Shown here in pieces: positions 60,237 to 64,000 of a stretch of DNA of 64,000 nt. Each line of letters starts with the position of its first letter. The stretch's first letter is position 1. The DNA comes from Pelagomonas calceolata (lineage: Eukaryota). Under the pieces are notes generated by a model, which did not search any database, was not told the origin of the DNA, and saw only the letters and a program-made list of their open reading frames with translations. The stretch is taken from assembly GCA_918797485.1 (NCBI GenBank), contig CAKKNE010000006.1:372001-436000 (forward strand), in the 5' to 3' direction. Made by a program: the position numbers and the translations under genes.

Positions 60237-61694
60237 ATGCGCTCCCTGGCCCCACCCGTCGCCGGAGAGAACCGCCCGACGGCCCAGCAAGCCTACACCA
60301 ATGCCGAAACGGCCCCACCGTCGCAACGGAGGACGCTCCCGCCGCTCGAGTCGTTCCAGGTCATCAGCCAACGCAAACAAAGATATGTGGGCCCGACGGA
60401 CGAGTCGAACTGGGTGTTGCCCGGGCGATTGATGGTCGGCGCGTTTCCTGGGGTGAGCGATGACCGCGAGAACGATCGACTCCTGAATTCGATACTCAGT
60501 TGTGGAATTACGACCTTCGTCTGCCTCCAGCGCGAGTACGACCCCGACGCGCCCGAATCGGCGTGGCGGAGCGGCGCCGCTATAAGACCGTACTATCCGA
60601 GCGCGGTCGCGTTGGCCGCGCGGCACCATCGGGGCCGACGGTTGGAGTTTATTCATTTTGGGATTGAGGACTGTTCAGTGGTGGAAGACGACGCCGTCGC
60701 CGCCTTTTCTCGAAGTTTAGCTGATAGGTTACGCTGTACGGATGAGGTGATTTACCTACATTGCTGGGGCGGGCACGGTCGCGCTGGTACGATTACCTGT
60801 CTTTTGCTACACTGGCTCTACGGCCTGAACGCCTTGGACGCCATGGCGCGGTGCCAGTTCGTGCATGATTTGCGTAGAGTTCCCATCGTCGTCGGTTCTC
60901 CCCAGACACAAACCCAAAGAGACCAGGTGTGTAGAGTTGTCGCGTCCTCACTGGCCTCGGACAAGCTCGCGGCGGCCGACGCGTCGGATCTTGCTAGAAG
61001 GCAGCGCGCCGAGAGCGATGAAAGACTAAGGCGCCAAGTGGCCGCACGGCAAGAAGCCGCACGGCGAGAAAAGGTTCACAGGGAAAACGCAAGGCAAGCG
61101 GCCGCCGACCAAGCGCGGCGCGCCCAGCGCAAGGCTGGTTCTGTGTGGCACCCGTCGCGGACGCCGTCGCCGGATGCGTTGCCTACTTTATTACATGGTG
61201 TCGCTGTGAGCGATGAAAACGATCCTCGGGGAGCGAACGGCTTCGCTCCGGTGCGCGCGCCTCCAATACCACCTTCCGGTCCCATCGTCGTCCAGACGCA
61301 GCGCGTCAAGGCGCAAGCCTCCAAGCCGACCGCCTCCGCCTTCGCGCCGCCGCCTTCTGACGAGGTGCCCACGCCGCCCGACGTGCCGGTCGTGCGAAAG
61401 CGCATGGCATCGAACCAGTCGCTCCACTCGGCGGGCTCGCGGGGCTCGATGACGGCCATCGGCGGCCACGGCCCGCCCCGCAAACAGATGCAGATGCCGC
61501 CGCCGGCCGCCTCCGAGGTCCCGCGCGGCGTGGTGCCGCGGCGGCCGGCCGGCGGCGCCCCGCGGCCCGCGGGGCGGCCGAGCGGCGGCCGGCGCATCGT
61601 CGCGACGAGCCTCGCGCAGCACCAGTCGCTGAACGGCATCGTGCCGCGGCCGCCGCCCGGGCCGCGGCCGCCGCGGCGCGGGCCCCCGGGCTAG
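60237..61694 (+). CDS. Cys-based (dual-specificity/PTP-like) phosphatase with Pro-rich tail
   Basis: YLHCWGGHGRAG (CX5R), FGIED acid loop, PQTQTQ Q-loop. Confidence 0.85.
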   Translation: MRSLAPPVAGENRPTAQQAYTNAETAPPSQRRTLPPLESFQVISQRKQRYVGPTDESNWVLPGRLMVGAFPGVSDDRENDRLLNSILSCGITTFVCLQREYDPDAPESAWRSGAAIRPYYPSAVALAARHHRGRRLEFIHFGIEDCSVVEDDAVAAFSRSLADRLRCTDEVIYLHCWGGHGRAGTITCLLLHWLYGLNALDAMARCQFVHDLRRVPIVVGSPQTQTQRDQVCRVVASSLASDKLAAADASDLARRQRAESDERLRRQVAARQEAARREKVHRENARQAAADQARRAQRKAGSVWHPSRTPSPDALPTLLHGVAVSDENDPRGANGFAPVRAPPIPPSGPIVVQTQRVKAQASKPTASAFAPPPSDEVPTPPDVPVVRKRMASNQSLHSAGSRGSMTAIGGHGPPRKQMQMPPPAASEVPRGVVPRRPAGGAPRPAGRPSGGRRIVATSLAQHQSLNGIVPRPPPGPRPPRRGPPG

Positions 61695-61860
61695 TGCTAG
61701 TAGACCTTAATTCGTAGTGAACGTGATGCTTCATTCGAACGCTAGATTTCAGGAATATATTTACTGGGGGATCGGGAGAGGGAGAGTCGACGCCGCCTGT
61801 CCGCGGCGTCGTGGGGATAGGCACCAACCGGGGTCGGCAGGCGCCAGAGTGTCGTCTCAA

Positions 61861-62022
61861 CTACGCCGCGATGACGACGGGCTGCTCTTCGTCGTCCTCG
61901 ACGCGGTCCGGACCTTTAATAGTCGCTTCGGAGGGCCGAGGCGACTTGGCGGAGTCGGATCCCTCTGAGCCGGGGGCCTTGGGGGAATCGGGCTCCAGGC
62001 CGAGGACGACGCTGAGCCGCAT
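61861..62022 (-). CDS. Putative 53-aa microprotein
   Basis: GCAGCCATG start, GC3-rich codons; below the ORF-track cutoff. Confidence 0.3.
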   Translation of the reverse strand: MRLSVVLGLEPDSPKAPGSEGSDSAKSPRPSEATIKGPDRVEDDEEQPVVIAA

Positions 62023-62448
62023 GGCTGCAATTGTATTCCAGTGGAGTTTCGCGATCTAGTCACCTCTCACGGCTCCGCGGGCCCCTGGGTAGTCGCAGTA
62101 TCAAAATTTAGGATGGCGTTGAGCTCTGAACTTCGAGCGGTGACGCCGCTGGACCGATACGCCACGCGTGTCCAGCGCAAGTTTGCAAAGATAGAGAGAG
62201 ACTAGTTACTCGGTTTTGGGGACGCTAGCCTAGCTCAGGGGGGATGGACGACTAGAACCAGGCCTCTAAAGGTCCGAATCCAGCGTCACGTCTTCACCGT
62301 CGGGTCTTCGAGCAGGGTCCGCCTGGGGGGGCACTTGAGGATTGTAATCGTCTGCCACATGCCCAGGCCGAGTCGTGTCACCGCTAAGATATGAGTTGGA
62401 AAACCCGCCACAGTAGACGAACAATACATATATTAAGCCCCCAAAAAA

Positions 62449-64000
62449 CTACTCCTCCTCCAAAAACTCCAAATCCCCCTCCTCCTCCTCGCCGCCGACG
62501 GCGTCCGGCGTGACAACGTGTGAAGAGACGAGCTCGCCGCCGCCGCCGCAGAACGCGCGCTTCGGGTCGCGCACGTCCTCCCTGAATAGCCCGGCCGCGG
62601 CCGCCGCGGCGTAGAACAGCGCGTCGACCCGGACCAGGGACCGCGCGAATCCATAGAGAGCAATGTCCAGCCGGTTCCTCTCCATGAGCAACGACCGGTC
62701 CACCGCCGACAGGTTCCGCTTCAACATCATTCGCTTCCTTCCACTCTGACGGTCGCGCACGGGCAGCACCTCATTTAGAGACCAGGGCCGCCACCGTAAA
62801 GCGTGGCGGACGATCGGCAATGCCTCAGACGCGTCGTCCGTCGTGAGGACCACCGCGTAGTCTAGTAATGTTCGTTTGGCTTTATCTAACATATCATCAT
62901 GCGTATGTAGCGGAGGCGTCTCGCCGTCGTACGGCCTTGGTGAATACGACGTCCCCAGCAGTGAACGTGTATGATAGTCCGACGACAGCGCGCAGACCAT
63001 GGACCAGTCGTAGCCCGTCCGGTGCGGCGCTGCCATCGTATAAGGTAATTCCTTCGCCGGGATACACGATCCATCATCCTGGAACACGCCCCTAAAATAC
63101 TCATCAGGCAGACTCCGGACCTTCTCGTGTTTTCTAGGTCTGGCCCTCAGAATGGTACTCCAAAGATGGTTGTGGTGCGACACGATGCGATCGAGAGGAT
63201 CCCGCAACAACGTCGCGTGCCAGATGTCCGGAGAACACGTAGCACCGCCGTTGTCGGCCCATCTTTCAATCGCCATCAGTTCATAGTTATTCCGCTCGAA
63301 GATCGCCCTTCTTGACTCACACGACCGCTCGACGGCGGCGCACCGCGCCCGCCGCCCCTTCCCCACGGACTCCTTGCTTTCGTGCATCACGGACAGGCCG
63401 CGCGCGCAGTTGCCCCAGGTGGGACCTGCGCGGGAGACGGGTCGCGGCGATGGCGTGGGGGCGGCGCGAGGTCCGACGCCATCGACGCGAGCAAACGGAC
63501 GCCGCAACCAACCGTCGCCCGGCGCCCAGAGCGTCGAGAACCGCGGGGGAGCTTTACACCGATTGCGTGAGGCTAATTTGCACAGCGACGTGCCCGCGGC
63601 TTTTGAGACATGTAAATATACAAGGTACCTCGCGGCGCGCTGGGCCTCGACGAGCGCGTTGGCGCAGGCGTCGATGAAATAATTCAACGGTCGTCCCTCG
63701 AGATCGGACGCCGCGAGCAGAAATAAACGCCGGTCGGCGTGCATGGCATCTGTTGAACCCGTGGCTAGATTTGACGAAATAGCGGCGCCCGCGCGGTAGG
63801 CCGCACAGGCCATCACGTGTTGCCTTCGTTTCAGGGTCATTTTCTGAACCGTTGGAGATGCGAGGACCTTTGCGAGTCTGGCGACCGTCGAATTTTCACT
63901 GAACCGCTTCTCGAGCGCGTGCAGCGACAAGCACGACGGCTCGGCGGAAGAAGGAAGCCTCGCCTCGACTGCATTTATCGCCTCAGATAATGCGGGAGTC
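62449..64000 (-). CDS. Sulfotransferase-like protein (5' end outside window); probable in-frame intron 63426-63512
   Basis: YLHVSKAAGTSL (5'-PSB) and LLRDPLDRIVSH (3'-PB), N.LDI.LY; frame open to the window edge. Confidence 0.75.
   Translation of the reverse strand, partial: TPALSEAINAVEARLPSSAEPSCLSLHALEKRFSENSTVARLAKVLASPTVQKMTLKRRQHVMACAAYRAGAAISSNLATGSTDAMHADRRLFLLAASDLEGRPLNYFIDACANALVEAQRAARYLVYLHVSKAAGTSLCKLASRNRCKAPPRFSTLWAPGDGWLRRPFARVDGVGPRAAPTPSPRPVSRAGPTWGNCARGLSVMHESKESVGKGRRARCAAVERSCESRRAIFERNNYELMAIERWADNGGATCSPDIWHATLLRDPLDRIVSHHNHLWSTILRARPRKHEKVRSLPDEYFRGVFQDDGSCIPAKELPYTMAAPHRTGYDWSMVCALSSDYHTRSLLGTSYSPRPYDGETPPLHTHDDMLDKAKRTLLDYAVVLTTDDASEALPIVRHALRWRPWSLNEVLPVRDRQSGRKRMMLKRNLSAVDRSLLMERNRLDIALYGFARSLVRVDALFYAAAAAAGLFREDVRDPKRAFCGGGGELVSSHVVTPDAVGGEEEEGDLEFLEEE

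Noticed and set aside
1..64000. Autonomous transposase for the introners
   Set aside because: No DDE transposase-like ORF recognised, and no TIR pair encloses a gene.

Overview
GC-rich, gene-dense eukaryotic nuclear DNA, most consistent with a pelagophyte alga (Pelagomonas/Aureococcus-like). This assignment is inferred from introner-type introns with 8-bp target-site duplications, frequent GC-AG donors and bipartite plastid-targeting leaders. About 35 protein-coding genes are present, including RPS2 (9 introns), a GT8 glycosyltransferase, PRP18, a stand-alone PKS ketoreductase, a ZSWIM2-like ligase, a TauE exporter, beta-carbonic anhydrase, an AP endonuclease, RagC/D, a TBC protein, P4H and SPT6. 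One family of short non-autonomous DNA transposons (TIR CTGTGTGGAAATCAA) has created introns in several genes and is seen at different stages of decay. Top hypothesis: the plastid-targeted fusion of a carboxyl-methyltransferase (LCM family) to a CAO/PAO-like Rieske oxygenase (19598-22291, minus) has the two chemistries needed to make the C7 methoxycarbonyl group of chlorophyll c3. Other candidates are a DUF285 repeat-TM-MLKL-like receptor, tandem membrane-embedded TIR-like proteins, a pore-less voltage sensor and a fungal-luciferase-domain protein. All family calls come from motif recognition by eye; no database search was run.
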